IMG/VR virus record: IMGVR_UViG_3300042507_004023
Direction: 5' to 3' (one strand)
From: a virus
Length of the DNA stretch: 64,000 bases
Notes under the pieces: model-generated
What the model saw: the letters and a program-made list of their open reading frames with translations, nothing else
Databases searched by the model: none
Told to the model about the DNA's origin: nothing
Translations under genes and position numbers: made by a program
Part shown: positions 1 to 9,900 of the stretch, piece after piece
Position numbering within the stretch: position 1 is the first letter of the stretch
Layout of the letters: the number at the start of each line of letters is the position of its first letter

Positions 1-1422
1 AGTTTTACCAGGCACATAAATGCTCTTCGTGTCGGCAAACACGCTTGTTCCACTCATTGAAACATCAAACAAGTCTACACGCCAACGCTGACCTGTTGGG
101 CCTCCCTTGAATTCAATACCTCTAACCTTCGCTGTTCCGATAGGAGCATATGCTCCTGTTGGTGATTTATTTGAACCGAGAATAACGGTTGGGATTCTGT
201 TTAAGTTAAATCCTGTTAAGCCAAGGCTTGGGAAAGATGCGTTCGGATTTAGTTCTGCTAGAACATAAGGGCCAACAACGGAAGAGATGCGAGCATCTTC
301 AAATTCTCGTGTGGCTCTAGCCTTAGGTAGATCAATTTTAGTTACGCCTTGTGTTTCAAATTCATAACCAAAAATATACGCTTTGCCTGCACCGATTTCG
401 GCAACTAAGGTTGCTCCTGTTGCTCCATAAACTCCTTCGCTTATAGAGATTGAAAACGGATCAACAATATAGTTTCCAGATTCATCATAAGTTCTTCTCG
501 CTAGTGTGTCTCCCAACACAGCATATGATGGATATTTTTCTTTCTTGATTGTTGTCCCATCAACAATTCTTATAAATTCAACGAAATCTCGTCTTGAAAA
601 ATTATCTGTTGAAGAGGTGTTGGTTGGACTAAACTGATATTGCGTTATAGCCATTCCAATCTTATAACGATCTGCACCAGGAGCAGAATAGTTATAGAAT
701 CCAAATGATGGATCCTTTAGAGTTTCATCTTCTTCACTAGTAATAAATTCACGACTTACATTAAATCCAACCCGTGATGTTGGATTATCGTAGAGACGAA
801 CTTGAGATCCTGTAGATCCGGTTAGCGAATACGCACCAATTGTTTGCAAATCGTTTGCAACAAAGAATCCGTCAACATAACGAACTCCTGATCCGGCGTT
901 GATAAGAATCGCATTACCTAAAGCGTAACCAGTCACTCCTCCTGAAGTTACTCCAGAGATAACCATAGAAACGCTGCTTCCGTTTGGAGCAGTTCCGCCT
1001 ACCGCTAATCCGTTTGAAAATGCTGTTCCGCCTGAGGTATACTCAAAGAATATGACAGGCATATTGTCTACCGTGCTTGACGACAGACCGCTTTCTGCGT
1101 GAACGATTTTAGCGTTTGCTCTGCCTGATACTGTTAAAACTGATCCGATAGTGTCGGTTATACTCAAAGTTCCCGTTAATCCGGTAACACGAGCATATTT
1201 TACACGGTTTTCAACAACCTCTCCACCTAAAACAATTGATCCTTCTTCAAAAATATTGTCTCCAAATTTCGAGATTTGATTCTGAAGAATGGATTGAAGT
1301 TGTGTGAGTTCACGAGCCTGAATTGCATATCCCGGTCTAAACAACATTCTAAGAAACTTTTTGTTCTGATCGTAATCATCGTAATAAGGATCAACATTAA
1401 AGATGGTTGGATCGTATGTCAT
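1..1422 (-). CDS. DUF4815-type T4-like virion/baseplate structural protein (runs off the window start; partial)
   Basis: Not in the ORF track because no stop lies inside the window. Manual translation from ATG 1422: MTYDPTIFNVDPYYDDYDQNKKFLRMLFRPGYAIQARELTQLQSILQNQISKFG, later AEIGAGKAYIFGYE. AAGGAAA lies upstream; follows gp8. Confidence 0.85.
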   Translation of the reverse strand, partial: MTYDPTIFNVDPYYDDYDQNKKFLRMLFRPGYAIQARELTQLQSILQNQISKFGDNIFEEGSIVLGGEVVENRVKYARVTGLTGTLSITDTIGSVLTVSGRANAKIVHAESGLSSSTVDNMPVIFFEYTSGGTAFSNGLAVGGTAPNGSSVSMVISGVTSGGVTGYALGNAILINAGSGVRYVDGFFVANDLQTIGAYSLTGSTGSQVRLYDNPTSRVGFNVSREFITSEEDETLKDPSFGFYNYSAPGADRYKIGMAITQYQFSPTNTSSTDNFSRRDFVEFIRIVDGTTIKKEKYPSYAVLGDTLARRTYDESGNYIVDPFSISISEGVYGATGATLVAEIGAGKAYIFGYEFETQGVTKIDLPKARATREFEDARISSVVGPYVLAELNPNASFPSLGLTGFNLNRIPTVILGSNKSPTGAYAPIGTAKVRGIEFKGGPTGQRWRVDLFDVSMSGTSVFADTKSIYVPGKT

Positions 1423-1437
1423 ATGGTTTCCTTAGGC

Positions 1438-3912
1438 TCAGAACTGGAAGAGAACCTTGATTTCCTCTCTCTGTTCAATATTTCTCTTGATTGGTTGCGT
1501 ATTCTGTATGTAGATAAGTTCACCGGAGCGATACAGGAGTTCTTCTTCGTGAACCACCGAGTTTACGAGACAATTTGCGGAACTTGACGCAGAATCTTTA
1601 AATTCTATCTGTGTTCCTGTGAATGTTCCTTTGACACCTGAAAGTCTCAAGGTTCCTGTTGTTGCTCCCACAGGGGAGAAAGACCACTCAACAACAAGTC
1701 CAGTTCCTTGGGTGGTTGCTCCTGTTATTCCCCGAACAGCAAAATCACTCGGGAAAGAAATTGTGGAGAATGGTTTAGCCTCAGTTGTAACAACCGTTAA
1801 AGTTGTGGTTTGATCGTATACTGAAACAGATTCTCGTGTAATTTCTCCAATATCCACAACTTTCGCTGTGGCTGAAACTCCTGTCGGGCCACCCAAAGTT
1901 GGGCGCATGTAGTAATCAGATTCCACCAAGTATTCAAACCGAGTTGGATATTTTGTTGGATCTTCAACATATAGAGTTCCCAATGCATTATTGCCTGGAG
2001 CGGTTTCCCACTTATTGATTATTCCCGTGAAACGAGAATTTGAAATATTATTCTGTCTGTTACCGATAGAATTTACCCACAAGCCTGGACGGAAATCTGA
2101 GCCGTCCATTCGGAACTCTGCGCCCGAAGCACCTGAAGCAGGCGAAATCTTTAGACGAAGAATTTCGCGTCCTTCGGTTCCAGCAACTGTTCTGCGATTT
2201 ATATCCAAGATTGTAAAGTTTCCGCTACTTGCCGCTCCTGTTGAAGAAGAAACAATTCCTCCACAAACAAATGCTCCTGATGTTATCGACTCAACAACAA
2301 GTTCGGATGTTCCGTTGTAACCACTAACCCCATCATTCCAAGAAACTATTCTTGCCGTTGCTGCGCTTAACCCTGTAGCACCATCAGCACCAGTTTTACC
2401 TTGTATTAGTGTTGCTCCACCTATAAAAGATCCAGACAAGCCCCATTGCTCTAGTCTAAATCTGGTTTGAGGTTTCTTTAATAGTGGGTTTTTTATAATA
2501 CCAAATTGGCGGTAGTCATTATTAACAGATAGTTTTTTTCGTTCATCTTGACTAAAATCAATCACAACCATTAACGCGGCTGCGCCCAATTCTTTTATGG
2601 CATTACTTCCATGCCCGCCCGGAGGAGACAGAACAATATTTGCAACATCGTTAATGTTTCCTGTTCCTGTGAATCCTGCTGCAAAGGTTAATCCCTTTAC
2701 AGATATAAAATTTGCTCTACTATATCCAGCACCAGTGTCAACCATTTCGAACGAATCAATCAAGGTCTGATTGTAAATGTTCGTTAGATTGCAGTTATCT
2801 CTAGAAGAAGTTACACCAGGCCCAAATTTAACGGTAATATCTGCCTCTTTAAATTTGTTTAGGTATGTTTCTCGTGAATTGCCGTCGCCTTCTATTCTGA
2901 TGTTTGGAACAATCGAAAACTTGCTAGAGTTTGCAGACAAACCAACAGTTAGAGGCTCATCTAAAGTAATTGTTCCGTAGTTACCTATGGCGGTGTAATT
3001 GTAGGTTTTGATTACACGGCGTTGCCCTTCACCAGCACCAGAATCTACCGAGAAAACTAGATCGTTATAAAAGCCATTTAGACCAATCAGATAAGGACTG
3101 TAAATTCTTATTGATCCTGTATAACCATTTGAATAGTTTTGCGAAATTGAGTTAGCATTATTCGGAGTTACACAGTTTACGGCAGTTAGATACGGACGGT
3201 ATTCTGCTCGCAGTTCTGTGAAAGCAATTTCTCCATCAATTGCGCTTTGTTGAACATTCCATTGTAGTGATCGTTCTTCATCAACAAGACGAAGATAATC
3301 CACATATTCAACAGGAATATATCCCTGCACAACAACTCTTTGAAATGCTGCGGTTGAACTTGAAGTTTCATCATATACAGTCTTTGTGATAAACTTTCTT
3401 TTGCTCTCTGGAATCATATACATGAATTTCCAGCGATATCCATCAGAAAGTTTACGAATTTCGGGATCGGTGTGTGTTGGTGCAACCGTGGATACAGAGT
3501 TATAATAGTTGTCTATGCACTTATAGACTCGGGTTTCATCAACAACCACATAAAATCTAACCGGATTTATAGGATCAAATAGATCGGAGTCGTAACGATA
3601 CGGCTCGTAAACAGATCCCAATTTCCAATCAAATCTTGGTATCACTAAAGAGGCGTTATCTTGGGTTAGCCGCTTTACAGCAACAACATTTTCCCAAAAT
3701 TCAGTTTCTGTATCGTCCGTATCGTTTGACACCGGAACGGAACTAGCATATGAGCCTGATATTCCATCTGAAATTTCTTCAGTTTTCCAAGGGTTTACTC
3801 TACCTATACTCAAGAAATAATTGTTTTCCGATGAAATCGAAAGATCTGAAAGCACCTTTTCTGAAAGGTGTCTTCTAAAATTTTGGCGTATTGGGGAGCA
3901 GGATGATGACAT
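1438..3912 (-). CDS. gp8: Baseplate wedge subunit gp8-like (824 aa)
   Basis: Motifs YFLSIGRVNPW, FYVVVDETRVYKCIDN, DGYRWKFMY, PPGGHGSNAIKELGA, NDYRQFGIIKNP, ELIYIQNTQPIKR; follows gp7. Confidence 0.85.
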   Translation of the reverse strand: MSSSCSPIRQNFRRHLSEKVLSDLSISSENNYFLSIGRVNPWKTEEISDGISGSYASSVPVSNDTDDTETEFWENVVAVKRLTQDNASLVIPRFDWKLGSVYEPYRYDSDLFDPINPVRFYVVVDETRVYKCIDNYYNSVSTVAPTHTDPEIRKLSDGYRWKFMYMIPESKRKFITKTVYDETSSSTAAFQRVVVQGYIPVEYVDYLRLVDEERSLQWNVQQSAIDGEIAFTELRAEYRPYLTAVNCVTPNNANSISQNYSNGYTGSIRIYSPYLIGLNGFYNDLVFSVDSGAGEGQRRVIKTYNYTAIGNYGTITLDEPLTVGLSANSSKFSIVPNIRIEGDGNSRETYLNKFKEADITVKFGPGVTSSRDNCNLTNIYNQTLIDSFEMVDTGAGYSRANFISVKGLTFAAGFTGTGNINDVANIVLSPPGGHGSNAIKELGAAALMVVIDFSQDERKKLSVNNDYRQFGIIKNPLLKKPQTRFRLEQWGLSGSFIGGATLIQGKTGADGATGLSAATARIVSWNDGVSGYNGTSELVVESITSGAFVCGGIVSSSTGAASSGNFTILDINRRTVAGTEGREILRLKISPASGASGAEFRMDGSDFRPGLWVNSIGNRQNNISNSRFTGIINKWETAPGNNALGTLYVEDPTKYPTRFEYLVESDYYMRPTLGGPTGVSATAKVVDIGEITRESVSVYDQTTTLTVVTTEAKPFSTISFPSDFAVRGITGATTQGTGLVVEWSFSPVGATTGTLRLSGVKGTFTGTQIEFKDSASSSANCLVNSVVHEEELLYRSGELIYIQNTQPIKRNIEQREEIKVLFQF

Positions 3913-3929
3913 ATTACCTATTATCTATA

Positions 3930-6900
3930 TTAAGTTAATTGATAGTTGAATTCCTTGACAGTTTCGCTGCCTGTAATAATGGCATTTGAAACATTTCGGA
4001 AGTATAGTTTGAGTCGATATACGCAATTTGTATTCGGATACTGATTTCCTCTCCAACTAAATGGACTTCCTACAGTTCCTCTACCCAAAGTTATTGCACC
4101 AGGCTCGCTGTTCGGATTGTCGGGATTTACGAACGGATATAGGATGTTTATGCTGTTGGCAGAGGTTGGGAAAGGCCCCACCGAAGCCATCTGATATTCC
4201 TTGCCTGTTTCATCCACCACAGACAAATCTGCCCAAAGACTTATTGCCGAGTAATACGAGAGGTATAGCAAGGTGGAAAGTCCTGCCAACTCGCCCGAAG
4301 AAATCAGAACCCCATCAAGTTGAATGTTCATGGATCGGCTACCAGGTTCACTATCAACCACATATTGAGTATCTGTGCTCCATTCCGGAATGTCTACCGA
4401 CTTTCCGTTTACAGTAACTACCTTGACTTGCGGGACAGGAGGAGTCAAAACTTCCTGATCTTTACAATTAAATTCGGGACCAACTGGCATTTCTAGGAAT
4501 GAACGAAGCGTTATCTTTCTGAATTCCGAATAGTCCACTCTAGAACCTAAAGTTGTAAGTGCAAGTATTGGGCCGTTATCTCCCGTTTCTCCCGAGGTTG
4601 ATCCGGTTTGACCTAATTCACAATTACAAGTTTCAACACAATATGTGTGATTTACTCGATACTCGGCATAACAATCTATGGGTAGACATTGACCGCAATT
4701 ATCGTATTCTTGTTGTGTTGGGCAATCGGCACACACATCGCACCCCTCAGAAACACATCCATTAGCAACACAATCCGAGCAACTTATAGATGGAGTGCAA
4801 CCGCAATCTCTACAGAAACTGTTGTTTATGCTGTATTGGTTGTCGCAATCTGATGGAGTGCATTGACTACACAGCGTGTAACTCTGTTCACAACCACAAG
4901 ACACACAGAACTCGTAATTAATTGAGGATGGATAATCGCAATCACCTTGCAAGCATTGGTTGCAGTTTGTGTATTTGCCAGGGCCATCGTAAATACACTC
5001 GTCACATTCCGTTCGGCAACGAATGCCATTACAATCATTTTTTACACACTCATCGCATAGAACTGTTGTTGGCACACAGCCACAGGTGTTTCTACAGAAT
5101 TTAGTATTAACTGTTATGCTATCACAGTCCAATTGAGTGCATTCTTCACAACTTGTGTAAATGGTTCCACAACCACAATCAACACAGAAATCATAATTTA
5201 AAGTTCCTACTGTGCAATCTGCTACTGTGCATTGTGAACACTTGGTATACTTTGTCTTGCAGCCCTCGCAGTTATAACAGCCCGAACAACCTGCACAATC
5301 GTAACTTCCTGTGATGCTGAAACAATCAAAAATTGGTGAGCAACAAGAGCAACCTGTGCAACCAGGATCTACTACCACAGCAGAACAACCCGTGCAACTG
5401 TGACAGCCTGAGCAGCCTGCACAATCATACATTCCGCTCACAATGTTGTAGCAGGGCAATCCTTCCCAAGTCGAGCAAGCCGCACATCCTGTTGGACCAG
5501 CAGATGCTCCTGTTATGGCACATCCTGTGCAACCACCAAATCCTGAACAACCCAAGCAGTCGTAAACACCCAAGAAAGTGTTCCAACATGCAAATCCATT
5601 AGCAGTAGTTCCGCAGCATAGAGCACCAGAACAAGTTGGGCCAGTTACAGGACATCCTGTGCATTGCCAGCAGCCAGAACAACCTTCACAATCATATCCT
5701 GTCGGAATATCCATTGTAAAACACGGATTAACTTGAGAACAACGATCACATCCTGTGGCTGGTGCTGTTACACCACAGCCTGTAAAGCCATAGCATCCTG
5801 AGCATCCTTCGCAATCTAGCAAACCTGTGATACGGTTATATCCTCCCGTCAAACAACATTCGCAGCCTGTGCATCCGCCTGTTACAGGACATCCTGTGCA
5901 CGAGAAGCACCCCGAGCATCCTTCGCAGTCATATAGACCTGTTACAATGTTGTAGCAACCGCCCGTCACGCTTGTTGAGCAGCAACCACAACCTGTGCAA
6001 CTAGTTGCTCCTGTGATAGAGCATCCTAGACAGCCCCAACAACCCGAGCAGCCTTGGCAATCGTAGAATCCATCAATTGTGAAGCATGGGTTTTCTTGAC
6101 TGCATAGAGCGCATCCTGTTAGACTTCCTGTTATACCGCAGCCCGTGCAACCGTTGAAGCCCGAGCATCCCACACAATCGTATATGCCTGTTACAATGTT
6201 GTAGCACAGAGTTCCACTGCCTGTGGTTCCGCAGCATGCCGTGCCACCTGAACCCGTGCAACTAGTTGCTCCTGCGGATACACCAGTGATACCACACCCT
6301 GTGCATCCAAAGCAACCCGAGCAGCCTTCACAATCGTAAAGATTTGTAGCCTTATTGAAGCAGCCACCCGTGCAGCACTCACAACCAATACAAGGAGTTG
6401 TTGTTGTGCAGCCCAAGCATCCAAAGCAGCCTGAGCAGCCTTCACAATCGTAAATTCCACTTAGAGTCCAGCAAGGAGCGTCCGAACGGCAAAGATTGCA
6501 TCCTGTTGCTCCTGTTGGGCCTTGAGGACATCCTGTGCATCCGTGGCAACCAGAACATCCTGCACAATCGTAAATACCGTCAACAGTATGGCAAAGGTTT
6601 ACAGAACTGCACAGAGCACATCCTGTTGCAGGAGCAGTTATACCGCATCCTGTGCATCCGAAGCATCCAGAGCATCCTTCGCAATCAAGCAGTCCTGTCA
6701 TTATGTTTAGACACGGGATACCAGGATGGCATGAATCGCAAGGATCTTGTGGAATAGATGGACATCCTGTGCAACCGCCAAGTCCTGAACATCCTTCACA
6801 ATCATAAACTCCCAAGAAAGTATTCCAACATGCGTTTCCGTTTGCTGTCGTTCCGCAACAACTTGGACCCGAGCAAGTTGGGCCTGTTGCAGGACATCCT

Positions 6901-9900
6901 GTGCAGCCTGGACAACCTGAACAGCCCAAACAGTCGTATAGTCCACCTAGTGTGAAGCAACCAAACTGACAACAATCGCATCCAGTGCAAGCCGTTGGGC
7001 CAGGATCTCCACCAAAAATATAAGCCCTGTCGATTTCATCGAATACAACAGGAACATAACCCATGTCTATTAGTTCTTTAATTACTGTTCCGCGAGCAAC
7101 ATCTCTGTCATTTGCTCGTGTTGGATCTCCTCCAAATCCTCGTAGAGCAGGATCGTTTGAGGAATACCAGTTGCAACCAACCCAAGTTTCGTGATCTGGT
7201 GTTAGATAGTTTGCCAAGCCAAATGACTTAGTTACATTTCGATTACCATTTGAGGCGTTAAACAAATCAAGATATGTTGCATCTTTTCTGTGCATGTAAT
7301 CAGAATTTCTACTCTCTGTAACATACTTTATTTGTCCCTCATATAGCGACAAATAAGAATTTCTAATTGACTCTGCACCTATGTAAGAAACCTCATTTGG
7401 GGCATTCGATGGATGCCAAGCATCCAATCCTATCATACCCTTTGAAACGCCTCTAGAATTTATAGTGATATTTGCGACTCTATCTAACTGATCGAGTATT
7501 AGTTGGTCATCGTATCCAGTCGATCCAAACGGATAAAGAGTTCCACCAAATTCGGTTTGATATTTCAATGAATTGCCAAACCAAAACCCGACTTGTTTAT
7601 CATCATCCAACGCATCTATCATAGATTTGAACAAAGAAACTCCATCATCCATATTATTTGTAATGGAGAATGTTGCACCTAATGGAGTAGTCCAAATTCT
7701 ATCAGGTTCGTCCCAATGCGAAACTGCTCTAACTGGATAATTTCCACTTGCTGCTGCTCCACTTGGAGTCCAAATCATAACACGATCCCAACCCTTTTTC
7801 TCTATCTGATCCTTAACATAATTTACAGGGCCAGACATACCAACCACATTTGGGTATCCTCCAGCCTGAGCAGATTTGGTTTGAATTGTATCCCAACCGT
7901 AAGGATTGTAATTAGAAGCGGTGGGACTAGAAAGGTTTACTAGGTGTTCATATCCAAAATGAACTCCTTTAACTGGTCTATAATCTGGAATATACGAATG
8001 CGGATACTTGGAGTCCAAGAAATCTTTATACACCGATAAAGTTTCAAACGCGGCAGCATCTTGTAAATTCACATCTTGTTCTATTAACGATTTTCCGCCA
8101 ATTAGATTCTGAGAAATCGGAATAGTGTTGAATTTAACAACCACTTTATAGGTTCTAGTTTCGCCTGCCGGTATTTTTGCAGAATCATACAATTGAGATT
8201 CGTTTTGTGTTGCAAATTGGAAACTATATCTATCAACATATGCCTTATAATTTTGATTTGCAGCAACACTCATCGCAACAGCCGGATTGTCTTGTGGCGG
8301 GAAAACTACAAGACTTATATCGTGACCGTAAACTTCTGGTTGATATCCAACAACAGACATACTTACAGCAAAATTGTTTTGCTCGCAACAAGCACCTTCA
8401 AACTTAGTTTTTGCGAGATGAATAGGAGAATACAAAATATCAGGATATCTTGCACTTTGAACAGAACCATTTCTGGTTATAGTTCTATAGGTTCCTATTG
8501 GGGATCCTGTTGCTCCATACAGTTTTGTATCGTAATATTCAATAGAATCACCCAAATTCAATGAAGGAGTGTCCAACCAATCTATGATTTTTTCTTCGCT
8601 GCAAGTGTTGGTATATGTGTAATTTACTTCCATTGTTCCGTCATTATCGTTTGTAATAACGGATATGTTTGGTTTGATTACCGAATTTGAACAATTTGAT
8701 GTTCCTGGTTTTGGTGGAGTCCACCCGTTGATAATGATTCTGTCACCAGGCCCATATGCATACCAAGAATCACCTATCACATCGTATTCAAAAGCAAAAT
8801 CTGTAGTTTTAGGATTGTTATACTTTTGATTCCAATAGTTTAGTGCGGCTTCGATTTGTGTATAATTTATTTTATCGGTAAGGGCGAAAACATTATCAAC
8901 TTCTGATTTACTGATTCTTGGGAAATCACCACTAACGCTAACATTACTTACAAGTTCGAATGTTGCACCTATAGCACCAAAACTAATAATATCTCCAGGG
9001 AATCCCAGGTTCACCCATCTTGGTCTTTGATTTGCGTAACTAGGATCTTTTTGTAGATCTAAAGCCTTTAGTTGTGCATCACCTGTAACTGGATTTGATG
9101 CTCCTAGACAGGTCGAATAAGGCGCATTTCCACTAGTAAATCCGTGAGTTGCACCATCAACTCCCCAATATCCCGTATCAGTTCTTGAGCCGAATGGGAC
9201 AGCGGGAGTCCAAAGGGCTACATCGTTACCAGCCTCTTGGGTAAATTGTGGTTGCCCTACAAAGAAGAAAGGCTCAACACCAATTTCAACAGTGTTTGCA
9301 TCAATCGCTTGAACTCGCTTAACATATCCTATACGATCCGCAGTGTTCCAACCTTTGTCTTGATATGATCGACCGTCAGGGTAAGAAAATACGGTGGCGG
9401 ATCCTGTTAACGAATTAAATAACGGATTTGAAATAATGTCTCCGGTTACTCCCACACCGTCACGAGATCTTATTGGAGTAGACGATAACGGATTTACTGT
9501 TCTGTAATTAAACGCAAAAGTTGTGCCTGGAGCCATGCTTAAATTTACAGAGTTTGCTCCGTTAGCAGAGAATTTCTTTATTCTGAATGTGTATTCTTTT
9601 ATACTGCCCCATTCAGGCAAATCTCTAGTTTTCTCAAAGAAAGATGGATATTTGGTTTTTAGATAAGCATACTTTTCTGGTTTGTCAAACACAAATTGAG
9701 CACCAGTTTGTCCTGTCATGCCATCAAGGAAGGCTTCATACGATAGTAAATTCATACGAGCCTGAGTTTTGGGAGTTTTGCCAGTCAATCTTGCAGGAGC
9801 GGATGCTGTTGGCCAAACCGGAGCCAAAGATCCTCCCCACCAAGGATTTCCTCCCTGTTTTCCACTTGTAATCAACCATGATACACGCGGTTTACCATTA

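Noticed and set aside
3922-3929. TATAGATA upstream of gp8 as a late promoter
   Set aside because: Mismatch in the otherwise invariant TAAATA core; not supported enough to list.
4620-6989. Recurrent DNA words (e.g. ACAATCGTA, GCAGCCTG) suggesting a CRISPR array or DGR template/variable repeats
   Set aside because: Repeats are degenerate at synonymous positions, irregularly spaced and in frame within gp7; no constant repeat-spacer structure, cas gene or reverse transcriptase in the window.
5259-6989. Ferredoxin, metallothionein or insect antifreeze-protein identity for the Cys repeats
   Set aside because: No CxxCxxCxxxCP ferredoxin signature and no regular 12-residue TCT repeat; pairwise Cys loss favours disulfides. 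Metal binding is not excluded.
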